Assembly: GCA_965217115.1 (NCBI GenBank)
Contig: OZ244239.1
Coordinates: 704,001-768,000, forward strand
Length of the DNA: 64,000 bases
Source of the DNA: Bdellovibrionales bacterium
Lineage (GTDB): Bacteria > Bdellovibrionota > Bdellovibrionia > Bdellovibrionales > CAYMLA01
Direction: 5' to 3'
The notes below the pieces were generated by a model. That model was not told the DNA's origin. It did no database searches and saw nothing but the letters and a program-made list of their open reading frames with translations. Both the position numbers and the translations under genes were made by a program. Shown in pieces: positions 1-9,175 of this stretch. Within the stretch, counting starts at the first letter, position 1. Every line of letters begins with the position of its first letter.

Positions 1-189
1 AGATGCTCTCAACAAGTGAGAAATATCCTTGAATGCTTCCTGACTCAAGAGAACTAAGGCCTCAGGAGCAATCTTTAGAACCTCCCTCTTTCCCTGAACC
101 TCAACACTGACAAAATCCTTTGAAAGTAACCTATATTCCGTCGAAGACTCATTCAAATTAATAATTGGCTGATAGATAAAATGAGACAT
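1..189 (-). CDS. fumA: Class I (Fe-S) fumarate hydratase, N-terminal part; runs off the window edge
   Basis: Manual translation MSHFIYQPIINLNESSTEYRLLSKDFVSVEVQGKREVLKIAPEALVLLSQEAFKDISHLLRAS resembles the FumA/FumB N-terminus (TEYYLL...LKVAPEALTLLA.QAF). Confidence 0.85.
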   Translation of the reverse strand, partial: MSHFIYQPIINLNESSTEYRLLSKDFVSVEVQGKREVLKIAPEALVLLSQEAFKDISHLLRAS

Positions 190-195
190 CTTATC

Positions 196-1578
196 TTAAA
201 CCTCTATTCCGTAGCTTTTAATCTTACGATGCAAATAACTTCTTTCAAGACCAATCACTTCTGCTGTCTTACTAATATTACCACCATTATCTTTAATCTT
301 CTGCATCAGATATTTTTTTTCAAAAGCCGCTCTCGCCTGACGAAAAGTTGTGAATTCTGCAATAGAACCAACAGAGGGGGGCATTAGACTCTCAGGATCT
401 AATAAACCAGCAAAACGAATATCATGAACATCCACATGCTCTCCTGGAGTTAAAATATAAATTCTCTCAATAAAATTTCGTAACTCTCTTACATTTCCAG
501 GCCATTCGTAATTTACCAATGTTTGCAAAGCAGCTTTCGAAAAATTCTTTCTTAAAAACCCACCTTCTCGGCAAAAAATAGCATTGAAATGGAGTACTAA
601 TACAGGCACATCTTCTCTTCTATCCCTCAAATCAGGTATCTCTAAAATATTTAACGCCAAACGTTGATACAGATCTTCTCTAAACTCACCTTTTGCAACT
701 TTTTCCGCTAAATCTATGGTTGTCGCCATCACAATACGGATATCAACAACAAACTTTTCTTCTAATTTATTAAAACACCCATCTTGAAGAATTTGTATCA
801 ACACCCCTTGAGCCTCTAAACTCAAGTGCTCTACATTATTCAAGTAGAGTGTACCACCGTGGGCCAACTCTACCTTCCCCTTCCTCAGCTCCCCCCCTGG
901 CAGCTCTTGTTCACAATAACCAAATAGCTCTCCATACAAAAGCTCCGATGGAATCGCTGCACAGTTTAACTCCACAAAAGAAGCCCCTATCCTCGGACTT
1001 AAATAGTGACAATTCTGGGCTAAGAGGCATTTTCCACTCCCTTCACTTCCGTAAAGTAAAACCCAATTAGGAGAAGAGGCCACCCTCGCGATCACCTTTT
1101 TCACATTCATCATAGATTTACTATCGCCTACAATCGCAATATCTTTACGTAGCCTATTAAGAAGAGATTTTTTTTCATCCCTAGCTTGTCTCAGAGTCGA
1201 TATGTTTGAGATCAGAATTGAAACCTTATCAATAGATATTGGCTTTTCTATGAAATCCCAAGCCCCTAACTTAGTTGCCTTAACCGCTGTCTCAATCGTT
1301 CCGTGACCAGACATGACTATAAACTCTGGTTCAGAAATTCTCTTGTTCTGCGCCATCTCTTTAAAACGCTTTAAAACCCCTATACCGTCTATAGCCCCTG
1401 GCATCCAGATATCTAAGAGCACAATACTTGGTCTATTTTTTTCAATACTCAATAATCCACTTTGGCCATCTCTGGCAGTCAGTACCTCATGCCCTTCATC
1501 TTCTAATGAAGCCCCAAGAACCTCTCGAATAGGCTTTTCATCATCAATAATAAGAATTTTCTGTTTCCTCTTCCTCAC
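196..1578 (-). CDS. ntrX: NtrC/NtrX-family response regulator (REC-AAA+-Fis HTH) with degenerate sigma54-activator motifs
   Basis: REC domain (IIDDE, LLDIWMP, SGHGTIETAV), NCAAIP..L..ELFG, WPGNVRELRN, Fis HTH; directly downstream of an NtrY-like kinase. Confidence 0.85.
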   Translation of the reverse strand: MRKRKQKILIIDDEKPIREVLGASLEDEGHEVLTARDGQSGLLSIEKNRPSIVLLDIWMPGAIDGIGVLKRFKEMAQNKRISEPEFIVMSGHGTIETAVKATKLGAWDFIEKPISIDKVSILISNISTLRQARDEKKSLLNRLRKDIAIVGDSKSMMNVKKVIARVASSPNWVLLYGSEGSGKCLLAQNCHYLSPRIGASFVELNCAAIPSELLYGELFGYCEQELPGGELRKGKVELAHGGTLYLNNVEHLSLEAQGVLIQILQDGCFNKLEEKFVVDIRIVMATTIDLAEKVAKGEFREDLYQRLALNILEIPDLRDRREDVPVLVLHFNAIFCREGGFLRKNFSKAALQTLVNYEWPGNVRELRNFIERIYILTPGEHVDVHDIRFAGLLDPESLMPPSVGSIAEFTTFRQARAAFEKKYLMQKIKDNGGNISKTAEVIGLERSYLHRKIKSYGIEV

Positions 1579-1613
1579 TCTCTCTAAAACTCCTTATAAT
1601 ACTTCATCACTTG

Positions 1614-3818
1614 TCATCTGACTGGTAGCTCAATAACAAACTCAGTCCCTTGAACATTAGACACAACACGAATAAATCCATTATGGTCTTGTATAATTCT
1701 TTTTACAATGGGTAATCCCAACCCTGTTCCACTTTTTTTTGTGGAAAAATACGGTTCAAAAACACGACTCATCTCTTGATCAGGAATACCCACACCATTG
1801 TCCATCACGCTTAATCGAACAAGATTCAGATCTGAATGATATGATATTTTAATTTTAACCACCCCTCCCTCCTCAGGAAGGGAAGATAAGGCATTCTCTA
1901 ATAGATTATTTAAAACTCTTTTCATTTGATCAGGATCAAACCTAAACTTTGGCAACTCCTTATCTTCAATAAATTCAAATTTCGCACTGTAGCCAGTTTG
2001 ATAAAATGTCACCAAATCTTTCACAAACGAATTAAAACAAGACAGCACTGGTTTCACCTGTGGTAGTCTAGCAAAACTATTAAATTCATTAACTAAAGTT
2101 TTTAAGCTCTCACTCATATCAATAATCATCGTCGTGCAGACTTTAAATGCTGGATCTTTTATCTCATCACCAAACTTTTTTTGTAAACGCTCTGCTGATA
2201 ATTTAATCGGTGTTAAAGGGTTCTTAATTTCATGGGCTATCCTCTTAGCGACTTCTGACCAAGCAGCTGCCCGCTGCGCATTGATCACAGGAGTTAAATC
2301 ATCAAAAGCGATAATCTTACCTATATCTTTTTCCGCACTATCCTTCAAGTTACTCAAAGTTAACTGCAAAGGAACTACCTCATCGCCAATATCAACACGA
2401 ATTTCTCTTCTCAGGTCCTCTGCAGCATGATTGTTTAGTTCTTCCAATAAGCCTCTAAAAACCTCTCCCTCATCTTTTATGAGAGATGTTATGTGTTTTC
2501 CTATGAAATCCTGTGGTTGAACATTCAGTAACTGACACGCATGGTGGTTTAACATTTTAATTCTATCTTCCGTGTCCAAGGAGACAACTCCCTCACTCAC
2601 ATTGGACAACACCATCTCTATGTAGCGATTATGCTTATCCATGCTCTTCAGTGCTTCCTTTAAATTATAATTAGATTCTTCCACTTCTCTCTGCCATTTT
2701 GCCAGATCATTGGTCATATAATTAAAATCGTTAATTAATTGCTGGATTTCATCACTCCCCGTTTCCATACGAATTTCTCGATAATCTCCAGTGGCCACTC
2801 TCCGTGTTGCTTTTCCTAAAAAAATCAGCGGAATCGACAATTGTCTCGCCAGATGCACTCCAAACCATGTCGCTCCAAACATAATCACTAAGGCCATTAA
2901 AGATAAAATCAACAAATAGATAGATTTCAAAGGAAGCTTAAAGTCACTAATTCCTCTATAATTATCATAGGTCTCTGTAATCACATTCATTTGTGAAATT
3001 AGAGACAATGGAATTATTCTGGACACAACGATTGCTCCTTGCACCCTCCTCCCATTAACTGGGACAATGACTCGAATAAGATTCCCCTTACCAAACTGAT
3101 GAATTGAACTGGCCTCAACTCTTTGCTTCAACCCTTTATCAAATAACTCTAAAGAAATCTTTGGTATATGAAAGGCCTCATGAGTTGATTTCACCGATAT
3201 CAAGCGACGGGATAAAATATCTGGGTAGTATTCCAAAACATCTAGATCAAGATTTCGTCGTGTCGTCGTTATTTTTTTCTTAATACTCTTTAAACTTCTC
3301 TCTTTAGCTATACTCTTAGCTATTTTGTGAGCAAAATAATAGTTTTTTTTCTTAGCATCTAAATAGTAAGAGTTCGTCACTTCAAGAGATGTTTTTAAAA
3401 TATCAGAGGTCTGCCCACTAAACCACTTGTTAAAACTACTATTAATATAAAACACCGATAGAACAAACATCAAAACTGTAGGGATAATACTATAGGCAAC
3501 AAAAGACACAATGAGTTTACTCTTTAGAGACCCCCCAACTAAACGTCCTCGACGTTCAGAAAAAACTTTAACAATATTGCGAAATATTAAGAACAAAACA
3601 AATAACAATAAAATTATATTGAAATTAATTAATCCAAAGAAAAAAACTGAATGGGCAAGAGGAAATACTCGACCCATATCAAAGAAACTAGCCTCCACCC
3701 AACTCAAAAGGATGAACATGAAAATCAAGGCCAAAACAGTAAACACTTCTCGTTTACGCTTCCGCACCTCCTTAAGTCGTTTCTTTAGTTCATTAGTTCT
3801 TTTGTCTATTTTTTTCAC
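1614..3818 (-). CDS. ntrY: NtrY-like membrane sensor histidine kinase (HAMP-PAS-HisKA-HATPase)
   Basis: N-terminal TM helices, AAWSEVAKRIAHEIKNPLTPIKLSAERL signature, FEPYFSTKKSGTGLGL. Confidence 0.9.
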   Translation of the reverse strand: MKKIDKRTNELKKRLKEVRKRKREVFTVLALIFMFILLSWVEASFFDMGRVFPLAHSVFFFGLINFNIILLLFVLFLIFRNIVKVFSERRGRLVGGSLKSKLIVSFVAYSIIPTVLMFVLSVFYINSSFNKWFSGQTSDILKTSLEVTNSYYLDAKKKNYYFAHKIAKSIAKERSLKSIKKKITTTRRNLDLDVLEYYPDILSRRLISVKSTHEAFHIPKISLELFDKGLKQRVEASSIHQFGKGNLIRVIVPVNGRRVQGAIVVSRIIPLSLISQMNVITETYDNYRGISDFKLPLKSIYLLILSLMALVIMFGATWFGVHLARQLSIPLIFLGKATRRVATGDYREIRMETGSDEIQQLINDFNYMTNDLAKWQREVEESNYNLKEALKSMDKHNRYIEMVLSNVSEGVVSLDTEDRIKMLNHHACQLLNVQPQDFIGKHITSLIKDEGEVFRGLLEELNNHAAEDLRREIRVDIGDEVVPLQLTLSNLKDSAEKDIGKIIAFDDLTPVINAQRAAAWSEVAKRIAHEIKNPLTPIKLSAERLQKKFGDEIKDPAFKVCTTMIIDMSESLKTLVNEFNSFARLPQVKPVLSCFNSFVKDLVTFYQTGYSAKFEFIEDKELPKFRFDPDQMKRVLNNLLENALSSLPEEGGVVKIKISYHSDLNLVRLSVMDNGVGIPDQEMSRVFEPYFSTKKSGTGLGLPIVKRIIQDHNGFIRVVSNVQGTEFVIELPVR

Positions 3819-3825
3819 AGCAGTC

Positions 3826-4296
3826 TTATTTCTTCAGGATTCTTATGGAGTTCAACATTTCAACCGTAACTTCAGCCGCGTCAAAACCTTTATTTCCTTT
3901 ACGACCACCAGCTCTTTCCAATGCCTGTGTTTTATCTTCCGTTGTTAAAACTCCAAAACCAATGGGTGCTGAGTATTCTAAAATTAGATGAGTAATTCCT
4001 CTTTCTACGCTTTGGCAAACATAGTCATAATGACTCGTCTCTCCTCGTATAACAACGCCCAAAACTACAATTCCATCACAGTTTTCCTCTAAAAGAGTTT
4101 TTGCCATCAATGGAATCTCAACAACTCCAGGAACTCTGACGATAGATAATTCATTTTTTGAATAGCCTATTTTAAGTAAGGCCTCGATAGCACCTTCTTC
4201 AAGTTTCTTCGTAACATCTCGATTAAAACGAGCTGTGACAAGCCCAATACGTGTCCCTTCTATCTTGTCTAATTTTCCTTGAATAAAATCACTCAT
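3826..4296 (-). CDS. ribH: 6,7-dimethyl-8-ribityllumazine synthase
   Basis: ARFN, VPGVVEIP, GVVIRGETSHYDYV, FGVLTT, RAGG..GNKG motifs. Confidence 0.97.
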   Translation of the reverse strand: MSDFIQGKLDKIEGTRIGLVTARFNRDVTKKLEEGAIEALLKIGYSKNELSIVRVPGVVEIPLMAKTLLEENCDGIVVLGVVIRGETSHYDYVCQSVERGITHLILEYSAPIGFGVLTTEDKTQALERAGGRKGNKGFDAAEVTVEMLNSIRILKK

Positions 4297-4302
4297 CTTA
4301 TA

Positions 4303-5460
4303 TTACCCCATGTTAAAAGGATCATTGTCTGTCAGAGAAGACTGAAACGTTCCTCTTAAAGGAACTGTTTCAATAATTTTCAAATCATACCCAATAATTC
4401 CTGCTCTTTTAACTGGTTGATTCGCAATCAAGCGAATTTCACTCACTCCTAACTCTCTAAGAATTTGAGCCCCAACTCCATAATCTTTCTGATCCATGTG
4501 ACGTGACTCTTTATTAGAATTCAAATCTCTTAACTCCTGAACCATATCTTCCTGCCTCTGACCACGAAGATAGAGAAGGATTCCAGAACCCTCTTTTTCA
4601 ATCATTTTTAATGACACCAAGAGAGGGGAATCCACCCCTTCTTTAAATCCTCTCAACAAATCACGAGTGACCGATTCTAATTGAACTCGCACAAGAGTTG
4701 GTTTATTTACTTCAACCTCTCCCTTCTGAAAGACTAAATGTTCACTATCATCAATAAGGCTCTGAAAAGCTCGAATTCTAAAACCTTCTCCAAATGAATT
4801 TTTCTCAAATTCATGGCTCACAACTTCTTTTACCAATGTTTCATTCTGCAGACGATATTGAATAAGACTAGCAATCGTACCTATCTTTAATTGATGCTTG
4901 TGAGCAAAAACTCTTAGATCATCCACTCTTGCCATTGTACCGTCTTCATTCATAACTTCACAAATAACCGCCGTTGGACTTAATCCTGCCAATTTGGCTA
5001 AATCTACACTCGCCTCCGTATGACCAGCCCTCTTTAAAACACCACCTGCTTGTGCCCTTAACGGAAAAATATGACCTGGCACGATAATATCTTCTCTTTT
5101 CACATCAGAACGAGATGCTACATAAATTGTATGGGAACGGTCAGCTGCCGAAATCCCTGTTGTTACACCTGATGCTGCTTCAATACTCACTGTAAATGCC
5201 GTTTTATTAGAAGAATAATTCTTCGCCTCCTTAATCATCAATGGCAACTCTAATCTATCAACGTGTTTTCTTGTTAAAGATAAACAAATTAACCCTCGAG
5301 CCTCTTTAGCCATAAAATTAATGACTTCGGGGGTTACCTTATCAGCTGCTAAAATCAAATCCCCTTCATTCTCTCTATCCTCATCATCAATAAGAATAAC
5401 CATCTTTCCCTGACGGATATCTTCGATAATCTCTACAATATCATGAAAATTCTTATTCAC
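4303..5460 (-). CDS. ribB: 3,4-dihydroxy-2-butanone-4-phosphate synthase fused to a degenerate GTP cyclohydrolase II domain
   Basis: DDEDRENEGDL, TAFTVSIEA, GISAADR, PGHIFPL, RAGHTEA; C-terminal domain lacks the Zn-binding cysteines. Confidence 0.93.
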   Translation of the reverse strand: MNKNFHDIVEIIEDIRQGKMVILIDDEDRENEGDLILAADKVTPEVINFMAKEARGLICLSLTRKHVDRLELPLMIKEAKNYSSNKTAFTVSIEAASGVTTGISAADRSHTIYVASRSDVKREDIIVPGHIFPLRAQAGGVLKRAGHTEASVDLAKLAGLSPTAVICEVMNEDGTMARVDDLRVFAHKHQLKIGTIASLIQYRLQNETLVKEVVSHEFEKNSFGEGFRIRAFQSLIDDSEHLVFQKGEVEVNKPTLVRVQLESVTRDLLRGFKEGVDSPLLVSLKMIEKEGSGILLYLRGQRQEDMVQELRDLNSNKESRHMDQKDYGVGAQILRELGVSEIRLIANQPVKRAGIIGYDLKIIETVPLRGTFQSSLTDNDPFNMG

Positions 5461-5516
5461 TCTGCACTTCTCACTTTTGTTATTACCGATTCAAAAAAAC
5501 TTTATCGCACAACAAG

Positions 5517-6134
5517 CTAATTTCTGCTATTTAATTGTAAATTTCTCACCATAGCACGAGCCATATAGTCAGGTTCAATATGTACTCCCTCCCCCTCTTT
5601 GACCATAGAGAGATTTGTTCTCTTCATAGACTCAGGAATTAAGCATATTTCCACGGAAATATCATCTAATTTATTTATAGTTAAGCTCACCCCGTTGACT
5701 GTAATACTGCCTTTCTTCCATATAAACGGCAATACCGACTCAGGAACCTCAAACTCAATGATTCGAGATTCTCCCAAATCCTCCACTCTTGTAATTTTCC
5801 CCACTCCTTCCACGTGACCCGTCACCAAATGACCATGAATTCGATCTCCCAAGCACAAGGACCTCTCAACATTGAAACACCAATTATGACTGGGGGGGGA
5901 ACTCTTGAAACGCTCACGCCATTGTAAAATTTTTAAGGACTCTGCGGCAAGGGCAAAGGTCATGATTTCATCGTCAAATTCTTCAACTGTCAAACAGACG
6001 CCGTCAACAGCCACGCTATCACCCGCCTTTAAATCATCAAAAAAAGGGGGCCTTTCTAGAGCTAACTCAACATTTTCTTCCCGTTCTTTAATCTCTCTGA
6101 CTTTGACACAAGCCTCGACAACACCTGAAAACAT
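5517..6134 (-). CDS. ribE: Riboflavin synthase (alpha chain)
   Basis: MFSGVVE start, GDSVAVDGVCLTV, GHLVTGHVEG, KGSITVNGVSLT. Confidence 0.96.
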   Translation of the reverse strand: MFSGVVEACVKVREIKEREENVELALERPPFFDDLKAGDSVAVDGVCLTVEEFDDEIMTFALAAESLKILQWRERFKSSPPSHNWCFNVERSLCLGDRIHGHLVTGHVEGVGKITRVEDLGESRIIEFEVPESVLPFIWKKGSITVNGVSLTINKLDDISVEICLIPESMKRTNLSMVKEGEGVHIEPDYMARAMVRNLQLNSRN

Positions 6135-6482
6135 AATAATTCACCACTCAAAAAGGATTACACAAAATCCCCCGAAGAGTAATCTCTATACCCATAACAC
6201 GTCAACAAAACCAAGTAAATAAAGGTATTTATAACAAATAGTGGAAGAACTGCCGCCCCTCAAAAAGAGATCGCCTTTTTAAAAACCTTCGACTCTAGGA
6301 AGAACACTAGAGGCTAAGGATTTACAAAAAAAAAATACTCACCTCTTTTTTATTTATTCATGGAATGAACTTTATTTTTTATCCATAAAGTCATAACATT
6401 CTCGATTTTTAAAAATGAGGCTCTTGGGAAATCTTGTCCCCTCTTTATCGGCTTCTAATGAGTCCGCTTCAAAGACACACAC

Positions 6483-7517
6483 TCATTGCTCAGAAGATTG
6501 CTGCACCCATTTCACCTTAGCGCCCAATACAGGGTTAATCAACGTCTGTTCGATCACTCTACCGTGAGCTATGTCTTCTCCTAAATGGCTAATCTCTATC
6601 ACTGCCACAGGCTCTTGTGTCGTTGGCACTCCGCCTAAATAATCTGAATTACATGGTTCTCCTCTCCAATGATGACTCTCATTATAGATTTCAAACTGAT
6701 CTCCCACCTGAATTCCTGAACGTCTACCACCGAGAATGACCAAATGCGTGTCATGCCTCTCAATCACTCGACTCGTCCAAGGTTCATCGTCTAATTGAGC
6801 AGTTAAGTCATTTATGACTTTGCTCAAAGCTCTATGGGTCACATCTGCTAAAGGAGATTCAAAATAAAAGCTAGGGCCTAAACTAAAAGATCCAAAATCT
6901 AATTTCAAATTTATCTTAGTTTTAGTTTGATTAGAAGATGCTTCACTTGCAGCTAATATCGTGCCATTGATCGCATCCTCAACTTCCAAACCTAGATTCA
7001 AAGCAGCTGTTGTCACACTGATCGCTGCTCGGGGAATATATCCCAAATCTGATCCTGGACCTAAACCGAAATCGAGTCCTCCCTTTGATTTGAACTCAAA
7101 ACTGCGAATAGATCCACCTATCTTAACTTGAGGAGAATGGAGCAAGCACTCCGCCTCTTTGCTCCCCTTCATTGAAATAATAGATTTAGCCTTACTCTGC
7201 CAACCTGAATAAACTTTGTAATCAGCTGAGCTGAGCATGGCTCCATGGCTTGTCGATTTTTCCAAACGAGGCATAACATAGCGTTCACTCTCATTGATTA
7301 GATTATAAAGCTGCATGTTTGCAACAAAAGCGAAATCAAACTGGCCACCACCTTCAATATTCATTGGACGTGTTTGAATTTGTCCGACAAGGGCCCTTTT
7401 CTTAAGAACTCTCTCACCGCTTTCTCCAGCAAACTGGTCACAACTCTCATTACCCATAGACAATGCAGCAATAGCAAAAAATAAACCTGCTTTGAAAAAG
7501 TCTCTTAATCCTTTCAT
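6483..7517 (-). CDS. Exported protein, CsgG/FlgT-like architecture
   Basis: Signal/lipoprotein-like N-terminus (MGNESC); C-terminal GIQVGDQFEIY...VAVIEI resembles FlgT-C; good RBS (GGAGGTG). Confidence 0.5.
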   Translation of the reverse strand: MKGLRDFFKAGLFFAIAALSMGNESCDQFAGESGERVLKKRALVGQIQTRPMNIEGGGQFDFAFVANMQLYNLINESERYVMPRLEKSTSHGAMLSSADYKVYSGWQSKAKSIISMKGSKEAECLLHSPQVKIGGSIRSFEFKSKGGLDFGLGPGSDLGYIPRAAISVTTAALNLGLEVEDAINGTILAASEASSNQTKTKINLKLDFGSFSLGPSFYFESPLADVTHRALSKVINDLTAQLDDEPWTSRVIERHDTHLVILGGRRSGIQVGDQFEIYNESHHWRGEPCNSDYLGGVPTTQEPVAVIEISHLGEDIAHGRVIEQTLINPVLGAKVKWVQQSSEQ

Positions 7518-7780
7518 CTCTTCACCTCCAAGAGAAACCTATACCTTAGATTTGTTTTTTCCTCTGGACTTAAGAATAGCCTAGTTTGCAATGTTTCTTC
7601 AAATCTTAGCTAAGCCATGATATTCGCTGCACTTTTCCCATATAAACCCATTATGAGACACTCTAAGTGTCTAGAATTATTTGATTTACATTTTAATACC
7701 AATTTTTATTTTTTTTTACTTGTAAACTTATTAGACTTTTTTCTCAAACTTCTTTGCTTTTCCAGTTTTTTGTTAAACAT

Positions 7781-9118
7781 CTACACAATTTTGTCCCCTT
7801 GAAAAATCACTTCTTCGACACTTTTCCCATTAATTTTTGAATACGTATTTTTCAACCAGTTTTTTTCTGGATGAGAGTGATAAAACGACCATTGTTTTTG
7901 TGGTGCAGGAATCCCCACTTTTTCTGCATCCACGATAGCTTCTTGATTCCTACTGATCCAAGCTGGTTCCACTGGACAATCACTCCCGAAGAAAAAAGGA
8001 ATCCCTCTGTCTTCCATTTTCCTCCAAGGAAAAGTATTATGAATAAGATGACCCACCTTAGACTCCAACCAGTCTCTGTCAGACAGCCAATGGCAGGGCT
8101 GAAAAAAACAAGTTACTTGAAGGGATTTCATTTTTTCAATAGTTTCGTCTCTAACGATCTGAGCATGCTCAATATGAATAGGCCCTTGAATACCTCTGTC
8201 TTGCTTAAGTGAAAATGCCGCCATCACAACTTCATGCACAGCTTGATCTCCGATGGCATGAATAGCTGGAGTTAAACGACTCTCCCAAGACTTAATCATG
8301 ATCTCTTGAATTAGCTGTTGATTTAAAATCCAACATCCCTGTCCTGATCCTGATTTATAGGGCTGACTTATATAAGCTCCTTCTGAGCCCAAGGCACCAT
8401 CAGCAAAAATCTTAATACCTTTTACCTTTAATAAATGTTTTTCTTCATGACGAGCTTGTATCGCATCCTTGATAGATAGCCCATAATCCTCAGCACTAGG
8501 GTGAAAAAAGAACTCTTCAACTCCTAAAGTTAGCTCCTGTTGATCCTCTAACTCACGTGCTAAATGCCACTGTTCAAGTGTACAGGTCATATCGCGAATA
8601 TGAGTGATCCCTTGTTGATTAAATTCTCTCATCCCACGAATAAGAGATTGTTTAAGATATGTTTTTTTCTTTTGTGGCTCAGCAGCAAAAACTAAATCAC
8701 GGGCTGTATCAATGAGCACTCCTGTCGGCAAATCATCCTTATCGCGAATGATCACTCCTCCTTCGGGATCAGGAAATTGATGGGAGTTTTTATCAAACAA
8801 ACCCATTAACTTTAAAGCTTTAGAGTTCACCCAAGAGGCATGAACGTCAGTCCTTATGAAGTGGACAGGATGATTAGGGAAATATTTATCTAATACTTCC
8901 TTTGTAGGAAGTTTTTTATCATCTTGCCAGTCATTCTGATCCCAACCAAATCCCATAAGCCAATCGCCTTTGTAATGATGTGGCTCAATTTTCAAATGAA
9001 CAACATCATCAGGCTTTTTAAGATTCTTTAAAGGGACATAGCTTTCAATTTCGCCTGTCTTCAACCAATGCACGTGACTGTCATAACAGTTTTGAATTTT
9101 CAATAGGCCCACTTTCAA
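7781..9118 (-). CDS. Amidohydrolase-3 (YtcJ-like) metal-dependent hydrolase
   Basis: DSHVH, GFGWDQ, KIFADGALGS, IHAIGDQAV, IEHAQI, FGSDCPV. Confidence 0.9.
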   Translation of the reverse strand: MKVGLLKIQNCYDSHVHWLKTGEIESYVPLKNLKKPDDVVHLKIEPHHYKGDWLMGFGWDQNDWQDDKKLPTKEVLDKYFPNHPVHFIRTDVHASWVNSKALKLMGLFDKNSHQFPDPEGGVIIRDKDDLPTGVLIDTARDLVFAAEPQKKKTYLKQSLIRGMREFNQQGITHIRDMTCTLEQWHLARELEDQQELTLGVEEFFFHPSAEDYGLSIKDAIQARHEEKHLLKVKGIKIFADGALGSEGAYISQPYKSGSGQGCWILNQQLIQEIMIKSWESRLTPAIHAIGDQAVHEVVMAAFSLKQDRGIQGPIHIEHAQIVRDETIEKMKSLQVTCFFQPCHWLSDRDWLESKVGHLIHNTFPWRKMEDRGIPFFFGSDCPVEPAWISRNQEAIVDAEKVGIPAPQKQWSFYHSHPEKNWLKNTYSKINGKSVEEVIFQGDKIV

Positions 9119-9175
9119 AAAAGCCCACCTGCTAGATGGACTTTTATCGTATGAAAATTAGAATAACAGCTCTTT

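Noticed and set aside
6135..6480. Possible FMN riboswitch upstream of the rib operon
   Set aside because: No recognisable RFN conserved blocks on the minus strand
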